A stretch of 64,000 nucleotides of DNA from Candidatus Omnitrophota bacterium (GTDB lineage: Bacteria; Omnitrophota; Gorgyraeia; S143-82): assembly GCA_015494465.1 (NCBI GenBank), contig WGBD01000004.1, positions 4,627 through 68,626 of the forward strand, in the 5' to 3' direction. Numbering within the stretch: the stretch's first letter is position 1; every line of letters starts with the position of its first letter. Made by a program: the position numbers and the translations under genes. This document shows positions 16,438 through 26,387 of the stretch, piece after piece. A model generated the notes under the pieces. It was not told the origin of the DNA. It ran no database searches and saw only the letters and a list, made by a program, of their open reading frames with translations.

Positions 16438-17685
16438 ATGATCAAGAACAAGAGAAAGAGGTCTGGCGGGACCAAGAGGACTTCGCTTTCGAAGGACCTG
16501 CAGACCAGGATCCTCCAACGGGTAATAGACATAGTCAACTCCGATCTCGACGTTAGCCTAATCTTTCACAGCATAATGTCGATGATGCTCGAGTACACCA
16601 AGGCGGATTCCTGTTTTTTGTACATACTCGATCGCAAGACAGAGGAGTTGGTGCTGGTAGCCTCCTCCAATCCCCATCCAGAGGTATTAAGAAACATACG
16701 CCTTAAGGTCGGGGAAGGTATCACCGGATGGGTGGCGGAGAAGAAGGAGGCAGTGATCATCCCAGAGAAGGCCTTTGAGGATCCTAGGTTCAAGGTCTTT
16801 AACTCGCTCCCTGAGGATAAGTACGAGGCATTCGTGGGAATCCCTATCCTGCTTAACGGGAAGGTGGTCGGGGTAATAAACTTCCAGCACAAGAACAAGA
16901 AGCGATACAGCAAGTCCACTCTGCAGGGGTTAACTAGCATAGCCCAGCTGGTGAGTGGGTTGATTAGGAATACCTGGCTTTACGAGGAGATGAAGGAAAA
17001 GACCCTCCATCTGGAGACGATATTCCGAATAAGCAAGATGATCATCTCCTCTCATTCCCTTCAGGAGGTCCTGGACCTCATCGTCGAAGTGGTGGCAGAG
17101 GTGATGTCCTCGCCGATCTGCTCCATCATGTTGATCAACAAAAAGAAAGGGGTGTTGGAGATAAAGGCGACCCAGAGCTTGGACCCGATGTACTTGAACC
17201 GCCCCCCTCTGAAGATTGGGGAGGGAATATCAGGCAAGGCGGTATCCGAGAAAAGACCTATATTCGTGCTGGATGTCCAAAACGAGCCCGAATTCAAGAT
17301 GAGGGATGTGGCGGAAAAGCAAGGGCTCCGTTCTCTCCTATCAGTTCCGATGTTGATAAGGGGGGAGGCGATCGGGGTGATCAACGTCTATACCCTCGTC
17401 CCGCGTAGGTTTTCTCAAGACGAGGTCTCTTGGCTCCAGGTGATAGCGGATCAGGCAGCGATAGTTATAGAAAACGCCAAACTGGAGGAGGACAGCAGAT
17501 CCGCCAAGGAGGCCTTGGAGGCAAGGAAGTTGATAGAGAGGGCAAAGGGGATCCTGATGAAGGAGTTAGGTCTCAGTGAGGAGGTAGCCTACCGCTTGAT
17601 TCACAAAAAGAGCATGGACATGTGCAAGCCGATGAAGGAGATTGCACAGGCGATAATCCTGTCCCGCGAGGTAGCCAATGGGTAG
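16438..17685 (+). CDS. GAF-GAF-ANTAR RNA-binding regulator
   Basis: Two GAF repeats (GEGITGWVA, GEGISGKAV) and a C-terminal ANTAR (LEARKLIERAKGILM...AYRLIHKKSM...MKEIAQAI). Confidence 0.9.
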   Translation: MIKNKRKRSGGTKRTSLSKDLQTRILQRVIDIVNSDLDVSLIFHSIMSMMLEYTKADSCFLYILDRKTEELVLVASSNPHPEVLRNIRLKVGEGITGWVAEKKEAVIIPEKAFEDPRFKVFNSLPEDKYEAFVGIPILLNGKVVGVINFQHKNKKRYSKSTLQGLTSIAQLVSGLIRNTWLYEEMKEKTLHLETIFRISKMIISSHSLQEVLDLIVEVVAEVMSSPICSIMLINKKKGVLEIKATQSLDPMYLNRPPLKIGEGISGKAVSEKRPIFVLDVQNEPEFKMRDVAEKQGLRSLLSVPMLIRGEAIGVINVYTLVPRRFSQDEVSWLQVIADQAAIVIENAKLEEDSRSAKEALEARKLIERAKGILMKELGLSEEVAYRLIHKKSMDMCKPMKEIAQAIILSREVANG

Positions 17686-18358
17686 GAAGATATGTTCTGA
17701 GAAGACCTGCATACCGATAGACGCGATTCGCAGACTTATAAGGTACTACCGAGACATAAAGGTTCTCCACGATAAAGGCATCGAGGTGATATCCTCCTTC
17801 GACCTATCTGAGATCCTGGGGGGATCTCCAGAGCAGATCCGCAAGGATCTGTCCTATCTCGGAGAATTTGGCAAGCGGGGTGTAGGCTATAACATAAAGA
17901 GCCTGATCACTAACCTGGAGAACCGGTTGAGGCTTAATGTGCCTGCGGGGGCCATCGTCGTGGGTGTGGGGAGGCTGGGTATGGCCTTGATGGGATATGC
18001 GGGATTCAAGAACCTGAACATCTCTATAGTTGCGGGATTCGACGTCGATAAGGAGAAGGTGGGCAAGTCCTTTTCCGGGATAAGGGTCTATCACTTGCGG
18101 TCGATCAAGAAGGTCTGTAAGAGGCTGGACCCAGAGGTGGCGATTATATCCGTTCCCGGAGAGGTGGCCCAAGAGGTGAGTGAGCGGGTGATATCCGCGG
18201 GGATTAAAGGCATACTGAACTTTGCCCCAGTGAGGTTGTCCGTACCGAGTGAGGTGTGGATCTCCCATGTGGATCTGAGTATAGAGCTGGGGGCGCTCCT
18301 TTTCTGCAGTAGGGTGAGTGGGGTTGACGAAGACCGCAAATCATCTACATCCTCCTAG
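17678..18358 (+). CDS. rex: Redox-sensing transcriptional repressor Rex
   Basis: RRLIRYYR, QIRKDLSYLGEFGKRGVGY, GVGRLG, ILNFAP. Confidence 0.94.
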   Translation: MGRKICSEKTCIPIDAIRRLIRYYRDIKVLHDKGIEVISSFDLSEILGGSPEQIRKDLSYLGEFGKRGVGYNIKSLITNLENRLRLNVPAGAIVVGVGRLGMALMGYAGFKNLNISIVAGFDVDKEKVGKSFSGIRVYHLRSIKKVCKRLDPEVAIISVPGEVAQEVSERVISAGIKGILNFAPVRLSVPSEVWISHVDLSIELGALLFCSRVSGVDEDRKSSTSS

Positions 18359-19871
18359 ATTCGAGTATGCCAGTTTCCCAGATCTGACGAAGGTGTCTCG
18401 CTTGGGGATAATCCTTTTTGGAGGGATAGGGGACCTCGTTTGCCTGACCTCTGCGCTCCTTCCCTTGCGAAAGGGCCTTCCCCACCTCAAGGTGTTTCTC
18501 CTTTCCAGCCCGATGGCCAGGGATTTCTTCCCCGAGGATCTGGTCGATGATTTGATCGTGGATACCAGGGCCTTTGTCGACCTGGTCAAAGGGGATAGGC
18601 AGATGTTGGTAGTGAATCTCCATTCCACCACCGAGTCTGCCAGGATATCCACCGAGCTACGGAAGGAAGGGGTAGAGGTCTTTGGATTGCTGGCGGGAGA
18701 AGAGGGATTTTACATAAGGGGAGGGGTATTTCACGACATATTGCACCGGGTGTTTTACGTGAGGTTTAGGGATGAGTACATCGCAGGTTGGATGCCTTTG
18801 GGAAGGTCTGCCTTGCTCTCCCTCTGTCTCGGGGGTTGGGGCATAGAGAATCCTGGGGTGAGGATTGCCCCTGCTGGTGATCAGGTCGGTTTCGACCGCT
18901 TCGTAGCCATGGTTCCGGATGCAAATGCGCCCACCAGGATGTGGGTTAAGGGGTATTGGCTTGATTTGGCAGATATGATCTGGAGGGAGTTTGGATTGCC
19001 GACGGTGTTTCTGAGTCGCTTTCCTCTAGAGGGGGAGGATAGGGATTGGGTCCTGGACCTTGGGGGTAAGACTACCTTAGCTCAGGCCTGTGCGGTGGTG
19101 AGCCGAGCGCTTGCGGTGATTTCCAACGATACGGGTATGATGCACATAGCCGGGGCGCTGGGCAAACCCACTCTGGCGGTGTGTGGGCCAAACAATGTGG
19201 GACCGGAGGCAAAGGGGAGATTCCTTTCCATCCGCTACCCGGTAGAGTGTTCGCCCTGTTTTCGATCCCACTGCGATTATCTGGGCTGTATGAAGGGCCT
19301 TCGTCCAGAGTTGGTACTAAGGGCATTTGCGTGTTTCCTAGATGGCAAGTACGAAGATCTGCCTAGAGAGTTGGTGGTAGGGAGTTCGTTTGAAAGGGAC
19401 CTGGACATCTTTTTTGATTATCACCCGTTGGAGGTGCCTTATCGAGATCCTGAAGTGATCTACACGAATCTGCTGCGCTGGGCTTGGATATGGTCCCTGA
19501 TGAGGGAGGAAGGGATAGGACGGGGGATGTTCTCGGGATTTGCTTCCTATTGGAACAGATTCTATTCCTACGATCCCAAAGAGCTGGGCATTCTTCTGGA
19601 ACGCCCTTTCTCCAGATTGCAGGAGATCAGGCATAGTTTGTTGCCGGTTAAAGAAAAGATTGGTATATTAATCAAAAAAGGGGGCGCAATTACCCCAAAG
19701 GTGGCAGGGGGAATCTCGCAGTTGCTGAACGGGTTGCCGAGGGAGCTCCTTTATCCCTGGAATTACGCGATCGGTCCGCAGGATAGGGCGGTGGATCTGC
19801 TCGATAAGGTCCTGGCTCGCGCTAGTTGCATGACGGAGTTTATAAAGGACTATGATAAAATCGGACGCTAA
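18318..19871 (+). CDS. Glycosyltransferase family 9 (heptosyltransferase-like) with C-terminal extension
   Basis: GGIGD, GGKTTL, NDTGMMHIAGA, CSPCxxxxCxxxxCM. Confidence 0.85.
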   Translation: MGLTKTANHLHPPRFEYASFPDLTKVSRLGIILFGGIGDLVCLTSALLPLRKGLPHLKVFLLSSPMARDFFPEDLVDDLIVDTRAFVDLVKGDRQMLVVNLHSTTESARISTELRKEGVEVFGLLAGEEGFYIRGGVFHDILHRVFYVRFRDEYIAGWMPLGRSALLSLCLGGWGIENPGVRIAPAGDQVGFDRFVAMVPDANAPTRMWVKGYWLDLADMIWREFGLPTVFLSRFPLEGEDRDWVLDLGGKTTLAQACAVVSRALAVISNDTGMMHIAGALGKPTLAVCGPNNVGPEAKGRFLSIRYPVECSPCFRSHCDYLGCMKGLRPELVLRAFACFLDGKYEDLPRELVVGSSFERDLDIFFDYHPLEVPYRDPEVIYTNLLRWAWIWSLMREEGIGRGMFSGFASYWNRFYSYDPKELGILLERPFSRLQEIRHSLLPVKEKIGILIKKGGAITPKVAGGISQLLNGLPRELLYPWNYAIGPQDRAVDLLDKVLARASCMTEFIKDYDKIGR

Positions 19872-21606
19872 TCTGCTGGGATACTCGCTTTTCTCCTCCC
19901 ATCATCTGCCGGACTGGAGAGATATGGAGTATATCCCCGAACGGATACCTAAAGGCTCTCACCACACTTTCTTGGTCTCGGGCAGTGGTGGAGAAGATGT
20001 GAGCCTTGCTTGTGTTCTCCCTTTATTGAAGGGAAAAAATCCCCGTCGGGTGATATGGGTCTACACTAACGCTAAAAGTGCACCCCTCTTTGAGAACAAC
20101 CCTGCAGTGGATAGGGTAGAGGTGATTCCGATGGAGAGGTGGGCTGGGATGCTCTGGGATGAAGCCCAGTCCGAGATGGAAGAGTGGATTGCTCACCATC
20201 GTCCCCGCATGGGATGGGTGTGCAACATCTCTGGCGATCCGTTCTTTGCTTTGATCGCCAGGCTAATTGGTAAAGGAAGGGTCTTTGGGTTGATCATGGA
20301 CGAGCGGGGCAGGCCTGTGGTCATCGGGAACAGGTGGATGCAATTTACTATGGAGGTCTTTTACCCCGAGCTCTGTGACGGTCTCCTGAACGAGTACAAT
20401 CTCTTCAACAAACGACAACTACTGGCCCTATCCTTGGGGGAGTCCTGGAGGAGCAAAGATGTTTTGCCCTTCTACATCCACCAGGCCTGGGACAAACCCA
20501 TCCCTGAATGGATGTCTGGGGGATACATCCTAGTAAGCCCCGGTTCTCCACTGCCCACGAGGCGCTGGGACTGCTCCAAGTGGAGGAACCTTTTAGAGAG
20601 GATCTGGAACGAATACCACGTCAGATTGGTGGTCTTGGTAGATGAAACCTGTGAGGAATTTGCGAGTTTAGGGGAATCGGAGGGTGTAGAGGTAATTCCT
20701 ATAGCAAGCCTAGATGAACTTGCCTATCTTATGGCTAGGGCCAAGATGATGCTCTCGGTGCACAACGAGTTGATACATCTGGCCTCTGCGGTGGGATTGC
20801 CGACTATGGTCATATGCGGACCCAGAAACGAGGGCCCGGAATTTGGGGGTATTCACCTCTCTCTTAGAAAAGATGTGCCTTGTGCCCCTTGTAATCTTTC
20901 CTCTTGCCCGAGGATGTACTGTATGGACAGTCTCACGGTCGAGGATGTGTTTTCTATATTCAAATACCATTGGAAGGCGATAGGCGACGGGGCCTTTGAT
21001 CTGGCAGAGGCAAAACACTATAGCTTGGGTCTTAAGGATGTGGTCTTGGAAGTCTCGGATCCTCGATTGCCAGATTTCGTCTATAGTTATGTGCCGGTAT
21101 CTGGAGACTGTACTTCTGAAGTGATCCACAGGATCTCCCGATTGGCTTATGTTTGGGTCTGGAATAGATCGAATAGGTATCTGTTGGGTGAAGAAGTGGA
21201 CATAGGATTCGACGAGTGCGTTGATTGGGCAATAACCAAGGATGTGGTGTGGGAGGAATTTGAATCGGCAATAAAGTCGCAAATTAGGATGCTAAAGGAG
21301 TGGGAGCAGAAGCTGTCGTTACTGGTGATGCGATTGCGAGAGTTGTTTCCTCCCTTCCCCAAGTCCTTGTTTAAAAGAGCGCCGATGGATCCTGAGAACC
21401 TCTGGAACTCTTTGGAAAACTTCGACCAGACACTACCCTCTCTGCTTCGTAAACTGCACTGTGATAGACCCGATCCCGGGGCCCCTTTTGCCCAGCGCAT
21501 TCGTGATTGGATAGAGATAAAGAGTGACCTCTTGCGTTTTATTCGGGAATATCGGGGATTCCTAGAAAGGTTCCTTTTTTCCAAAGGCCCTCATCCCCAG
21601 AAATAG
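19852..21606 (+). CDS. Divergent glycosyltransferase family 9 paralog
   Basis: PGSPLPTRRW, HLASAVGLPT, CAPCxxxxCxxxxCM; canonical motifs altered. Confidence 0.75.
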   Translation: MIKSDANLLGYSLFSSHHLPDWRDMEYIPERIPKGSHHTFLVSGSGGEDVSLACVLPLLKGKNPRRVIWVYTNAKSAPLFENNPAVDRVEVIPMERWAGMLWDEAQSEMEEWIAHHRPRMGWVCNISGDPFFALIARLIGKGRVFGLIMDERGRPVVIGNRWMQFTMEVFYPELCDGLLNEYNLFNKRQLLALSLGESWRSKDVLPFYIHQAWDKPIPEWMSGGYILVSPGSPLPTRRWDCSKWRNLLERIWNEYHVRLVVLVDETCEEFASLGESEGVEVIPIASLDELAYLMARAKMMLSVHNELIHLASAVGLPTMVICGPRNEGPEFGGIHLSLRKDVPCAPCNLSSCPRMYCMDSLTVEDVFSIFKYHWKAIGDGAFDLAEAKHYSLGLKDVVLEVSDPRLPDFVYSYVPVSGDCTSEVIHRISRLAYVWVWNRSNRYLLGEEVDIGFDECVDWAITKDVVWEEFESAIKSQIRMLKEWEQKLSLLVMRLRELFPPFPKSLFKRAPMDPENLWNSLENFDQTLPSLLRKLHCDRPDPGAPFAQRIRDWIEIKSDLLRFIREYRGFLERFLFSKGPHPQK

Positions 21607-21652
21607 GGGGGTAGATCTGGGTTGGTTCCTGTTTTGGGCTTTCTCCAATCTA

Positions 21653-21663
21653 TGTGGTATAAT
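21653..21663 (+). promoter_or_regulatory. Extended -10 promoter for alaS
   Basis: TGTGGTATAAT about 35 nt upstream of the alaS ATG. Confidence 0.6.
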
Positions 21664-21698
21664 ATCCATTCCGTTGCTTTGGGGTAGGAGTAAGAGAC

Positions 21699-24353
21699 AT
21701 GTTTACCACGGATAAGTTGCGAGAAAGCTTCTTGCAGTTTTTCGCCTCCAAGGGACACAAGGTGGTTCCCTCCGACAGCCTTGTGCCTGCAGACGATCCC
21801 ACGGTGCTGTTCACCAGTGCGGGGATGAACCAGTTCAAGCCCCAGTTTATGGGGCACATCACCGATTTTACTCGGGCTACTTCTTGTCAGAAGTGCCTGC
21901 GGACCGACGATCTGCCCCAGGTGGGCAAGACCCCTTATCATCACACCTTCTTTGAGATGTTGGGGAATTTCTCCTTTGGGGACTACTTCAAGGAGGAGGC
22001 GATCACCTGGGCCTGGGAGTACCTGACGGAAGTATTGGGGATAGATCCGGACAGACTGTGGGTGTCCGTGCACAAGGACGACGAGGAGGCCTACGCGATA
22101 TGGAGGGATAAGATCGGTGTCCCTGAACACAAGATAGCTCGCCTTGGAGACAAGACCAACTTCTGGCCCTCTAATGCGATTGTAGAGGGACCAAACGGAC
22201 CTTGCGGACCGTGTTCGGAGATATTCTTTGATCAAGGACCGGAGTTCTCTGCCTATGCTGGAGAGCACAGGTGCGGTCCGGACTGCGACTGCGGGAGGTT
22301 TGCAGAGATATGGAATCTGGTCTTTACCCAGTTCGATCGGCGGGATGGGGGGGTACTTGAGCCCCTTCCCCAGAAGAACATAGATACCGGTATGGGACTA
22401 GAGCGGATCTCCGCGGTGATGCAGGGAAAGAGGAGCAATTTTGAGATAGACACCTTCGTGCCCATCGTCGAGGAGATATTGCGCTTGGCGGGCAAGTCCC
22501 GCAAGGATGTGGATCTCTCCAAGGTCTATTCCATTGCAGACCACATCCGTGCAGTCACCTTCGCGATAGGAGACGGTGTTATCCCCTCCAACGAGGGTCG
22601 GGGCTATGTCGTCCGCAAGCTCATAAGAAAGTCGGTCTGGCATCTTCAGGAATTGGGGGGCAAGCGCGGGCTGGCAAGGTTGGTGCCGGTGGTAGCCGAG
22701 GTCATGAAAAGGCCCTATCCGGAGGTGAAGGAGAGGCAGGACGTAATAGCGGGTATGATAAGTGCAGAGGAGGAGAGATTCCTGCGGACCCTGGAGGTGG
22801 GCCTAAATAGGATCTCCGAGGAGATAGAACGCCACAAGCGCGAGGGCAAAAAGACCCTTTCCGGTGAGGTGTGCTTCCTCCTCTACGACACCTATGGGTT
22901 TCCTCTGGAGATGAGCAGGGCCATAGCCGAGCAAGAGGGTTTGGAGGTGGACGAGGAAGGGTTCAACGCCCAGATGGAGGAGCAGAGGAAGAGGTCCCAG
23001 GCCTCTGCCAAGACCTTGGACGACATCTTCGCTTATCGGAATCTGCGCGAGGTGGGGCGGGGGATGTGCTTTGTGGGATACGATCGTCTGTCGGTGGAGA
23101 CGAGCATAAGGGCTATATTAAGGAACGACGACATATTAGGGTCTGTCAAGGCAGGGGAGGAGGTGGACATCGTATTGGAGGACTGTCCCTTCTACGGTGA
23201 GGCAGGTGGCCAGATCGGGGATACCGGTTGGATATCCTCTGCGGATGGGCGCGCGAGGGTGGTTGATACCTATCGAGTTGGAGATGTGGTGGTCTGTAAG
23301 GCAAGGGTCGAGGATGGTGTCCTGCGGGCTGGAGATAAGGTAAAGGCAGAGGTGGATATTGAGAGGAGGAAGGCCATTGCCCGGCATCACACCGCCACCC
23401 ACCTCCTGCAGTCCGCCCTGCGCAGGGTCTTGGGCGATCACATCCGTCAGGCAGGTTCGTTGGTGGCACCGGATAGGTTGCGATTTGACTTCACCCACTT
23501 TCAGGCTATAACCGAGGAAGAGTTGCGGAAGATAGAGGACCTCGTCAACCGCTGGATAATGGAGAACTATCGGGTGGAGAAGATAGAGACCACCTTGGAG
23601 AAGGCCAAGGAGATGGGGGCCCTTGCCTTCTTTGGGGAAAAGTACGGAGAGATCGTCAGGGTGATAAAGATAGATAGGATCTCTTGTGAACTCTGTGGTG
23701 GCACCCATGTGGACTGGACCGGGCAGTTGGGTGTGTTCACCATAATTAGCGAGCGCTCGGTCTCAAGCGGGGTGAGGCGTATTGAGGCACTCAGCGGTAT
23801 GCCCGCCTGGAACCTCTTGCGGGAGAACAAGGCAATCGTGGAGGAGTTGAAGGATGTCCTAAAGTGCGAGGTCGGTTCCATAATCCCGACGGTAAGGGAC
23901 CTTGCGGGTAAGGTGCGGAAGTTGGAGAAGGAGTTGGAGCGGTTGTCCGCCAAGGAGCGAGCAGGGGAGCTCCTCGGTCGATTGAAGAGAGAGGAATTAG
24001 ACGGAATAAGGGTATTTTCCGGCCTTTTGGATGGGGCGGATCTGCCTGCCTTGCGCTCACTCTGGGATCAAATCAAGGCACAGGATCCTTCCGCTGTGGT
24101 CCTACTCGGGGGCATTGCCAATGGAAAGGCCCAGATGCTCCTGGCCTGCACCAGGGATCTGGCGAAGAGACTGGATATGCGCAAGATCCTGGAGGATCTA
24201 AAGGAGGTTATTCCCCTTTCTGGCGGTGGACGGCCCGATTTCGTGCAGGTAGGGATAAAGGGACCTGTGGAGGACTTCAGGCGGAATTGGGATGTCTTGA
24301 AGGATAAGGCCGTCTCCGGGATTGCCCGTTTACAGGCCGGCACCCGTAGTTAG
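21699..24353 (+). CDS. alaS: Alanine--tRNA ligase
   Basis: FTSAGMNQFK, HHTFFEMLGNFSFGDYFK, GPCGPCSEI, HHTATHLL, ELCGGTHV. Confidence 0.98.
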   Translation: MFTTDKLRESFLQFFASKGHKVVPSDSLVPADDPTVLFTSAGMNQFKPQFMGHITDFTRATSCQKCLRTDDLPQVGKTPYHHTFFEMLGNFSFGDYFKEEAITWAWEYLTEVLGIDPDRLWVSVHKDDEEAYAIWRDKIGVPEHKIARLGDKTNFWPSNAIVEGPNGPCGPCSEIFFDQGPEFSAYAGEHRCGPDCDCGRFAEIWNLVFTQFDRRDGGVLEPLPQKNIDTGMGLERISAVMQGKRSNFEIDTFVPIVEEILRLAGKSRKDVDLSKVYSIADHIRAVTFAIGDGVIPSNEGRGYVVRKLIRKSVWHLQELGGKRGLARLVPVVAEVMKRPYPEVKERQDVIAGMISAEEERFLRTLEVGLNRISEEIERHKREGKKTLSGEVCFLLYDTYGFPLEMSRAIAEQEGLEVDEEGFNAQMEEQRKRSQASAKTLDDIFAYRNLREVGRGMCFVGYDRLSVETSIRAILRNDDILGSVKAGEEVDIVLEDCPFYGEAGGQIGDTGWISSADGRARVVDTYRVGDVVVCKARVEDGVLRAGDKVKAEVDIERRKAIARHHTATHLLQSALRRVLGDHIRQAGSLVAPDRLRFDFTHFQAITEEELRKIEDLVNRWIMENYRVEKIETTLEKAKEMGALAFFGEKYGEIVRVIKIDRISCELCGGTHVDWTGQLGVFTIISERSVSSGVRRIEALSGMPAWNLLRENKAIVEELKDVLKCEVGSIIPTVRDLAGKVRKLEKELERLSAKERAGELLGRLKREELDGIRVFSGLLDGADLPALRSLWDQIKAQDPSAVVLLGGIANGKAQMLLACTRDLAKRLDMRKILEDLKEVIPLSGGGRPDFVQVGIKGPVEDFRRNWDVLKDKAVSGIARLQAGTRS

Positions 24354-24368
24354 TTTACTAAATAAGGC

Positions 24369-25589
24369 ATGAAGATCGTCAGGAAGATAAATAAGGAATT
24401 TCTGGAGTCGGTCAGGATATCGCTGCCCTCCCGCAGCGTAAGGGATAGGGTTTCCAAGATCCTCTCCGAGATAGAACGCGGTGGGGACGAGGCCCTACTG
24501 AAATTCACGGAAAAGTTTGACAAGGTCCGTCTGACCGCCCGGCAGATGAGAGTCTCGGAAGGGGAGGTCTCTTCTGCCTTCCAGAAGGTGGGTAAGGAGT
24601 TTATCGTTGCACTGAAGACCGCGATAGAGAATGTGAGTGAGTTCTATCGCCGGCAGATAGAGAAATCCTGGAAACTGCGCAGGCCAAACGGAGCAGTGGT
24701 TGGGGAGAGGATAGTCCCTCTGGAGAGGGTTGGGGTATATGTTCCCGGTGGACAGAGCCCGTTGATATCCTCGGTGTACATGGCGGTGGTCCCGGCCAAG
24801 ATAGCCGGGGTGAAAGAGATATATCTGGCTACGCCTCCGGATCCTGAGGGCTATGTTAATCCCTACATATTGGTGGTTGCGAGCCTCTTGAAGGTCAACG
24901 GCGTCTTCAAGATGGGTGGGGCCCAAGCGATAGGGGCCTTCGCCTACGGGACCAAGACCGTGCCTAAGGTGGACAAGATAGTCGGTCCGGGGAATCAGTA
25001 CGTGACCGAGGCCAAACGGCAGGTGTTCGGTCTGGTGGACATCGACCTCCTGGCAGGCCCCAGCGAGGTGGTGATAGTAGCCAATCAGTACACGCCAGTC
25101 GAATACGTTATAGCGGACATGAAGGCACAGGCAGAGCACGTGGGCGGGAGGGCAATACTGCTCACCACCTCCAAGAAGATGGCAAGAGAGGTGCGAAGGA
25201 GGATACCGGAAGTGGACGGGTTTATAATGGTGGTCAGGAACCTCGAGGAGGCGGTGGACATCGCCAACAAGATAGCACCCGAACACCTTGAACTTCTGGT
25301 GAAGAACTCCATGCCCCTCTTGAAACGGGTAACCAACGCCGGGGCGGTGTTCGTGGGCCCCTATTCCCCTACTGCATTGGGAGATTACTTCGCAGGTCCA
25401 AGTCACATCCTGCCCACCGGTGGGACCGCACGGATGTTCTCTGGGCTGTCCTTGAGCGATTTTTACAAGCGGATTCATCTCATATCCTACACCCGCAGGG
25501 CCCTTGAGGAGGCAAGGCCTGTGGTGGAGATGATAGCTGGGTTGGAGGGTATGACCGAGCACGTTGATTCGGTGAGGGTGAGACACTGA
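24369..25589 (+). CDS. hisD: Histidinol dehydrogenase
   Basis: GVYVPGG, GGAQAI, GPGNQYV, AGPSE, QAEH, APEHL, GDYFAGPSHILPT. Confidence 0.95.
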   Translation: MKIVRKINKEFLESVRISLPSRSVRDRVSKILSEIERGGDEALLKFTEKFDKVRLTARQMRVSEGEVSSAFQKVGKEFIVALKTAIENVSEFYRRQIEKSWKLRRPNGAVVGERIVPLERVGVYVPGGQSPLISSVYMAVVPAKIAGVKEIYLATPPDPEGYVNPYILVVASLLKVNGVFKMGGAQAIGAFAYGTKTVPKVDKIVGPGNQYVTEAKRQVFGLVDIDLLAGPSEVVIVANQYTPVEYVIADMKAQAEHVGGRAILLTTSKKMAREVRRRIPEVDGFIMVVRNLEEAVDIANKIAPEHLELLVKNSMPLLKRVTNAGAVFVGPYSPTALGDYFAGPSHILPTGGTARMFSGLSLSDFYKRIHLISYTRRALEEARPVVEMIAGLEGMTEHVDSVRVRH

Positions 25590-25602
25590 GAGGGGGGCGG
25601 AG

Positions 25603-26376
25603 ATGAAGACCGGATTCGTGATAATAGCCAGGCTCAAGTCCAGCAGACTTCCTCTGAAGTTGCTGATGGACCTGAAAGGCAAGAAGATAGTTGAATGGGT
25701 GATAGAGAGGGCGATGACCCTCAAGGGGATCTCCGAGATAATCCTCTGCACCTCCACCAACCCTCAGGACTATCCTCTCGTGGAGATCGCCTTGGAGCAC
25801 GGTATCTACTACTTTGCCGGTTCCGAGGTGGACGTGCTGGATAGGATGTACCACGCAAGTCGTCTTTTCTCCCTTGATTATGTGGTGGGTATCACCGGGG
25901 AGAACCCCCTCTTTTGCCGTTATCACGCCCAGAGGGTGATAGACTTGGCCCGAAGGGGGGAGTTCGATTACATAAAGATAGATGGTCTGCCCTTGGGCAC
26001 TGCGGTCTTCTGCGTGAGCTTCTCAGCCCTTGAAAAGGTCGTTAAAGCAAAAGGCGATTACGCGGATACCGAGATATGGGGTGCCTTCTTCGACCGGCCG
26101 GATGTCTTCAAGGTGAAAACCTTGGAGGTGAACCAGGAGTTGAAGAGGCCCAGTTATCGATTGACCCTTGATTACCCGGAGGACTACAAGTTCCTAAGGC
26201 ACATATTCAACGAGGTCCCCTTTGAACACCTCATGGACCTCTCCGCAGTGATAGAGTACATAGACAGCAATCCGTCCATACTGGAATTAAACCGCTATGT
26301 GGAACAAAGGAGCCTATCGGAGGAGCAGTTGGCCAAGATAGATGAGATAGTAAACCAAATCAAGGACGGCTCCTGA
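25603..26376 (+). CDS. Cytidylyltransferase family protein (SpsF/KdsB-like)
   Basis: ARLKSSRLPLK, GSEVDVLDR, RLTLDYPED. Confidence 0.85.
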   Translation: MKTGFVIIARLKSSRLPLKLLMDLKGKKIVEWVIERAMTLKGISEIILCTSTNPQDYPLVEIALEHGIYYFAGSEVDVLDRMYHASRLFSLDYVVGITGENPLFCRYHAQRVIDLARRGEFDYIKIDGLPLGTAVFCVSFSALEKVVKAKGDYADTEIWGAFFDRPDVFKVKTLEVNQELKRPSYRLTLDYPEDYKFLRHIFNEVPFEHLMDLSAVIEYIDSNPSILELNRYVEQRSLSEEQLAKIDEIVNQIKDGS

Positions 26377-26387
26377 GGAGGGTATAG

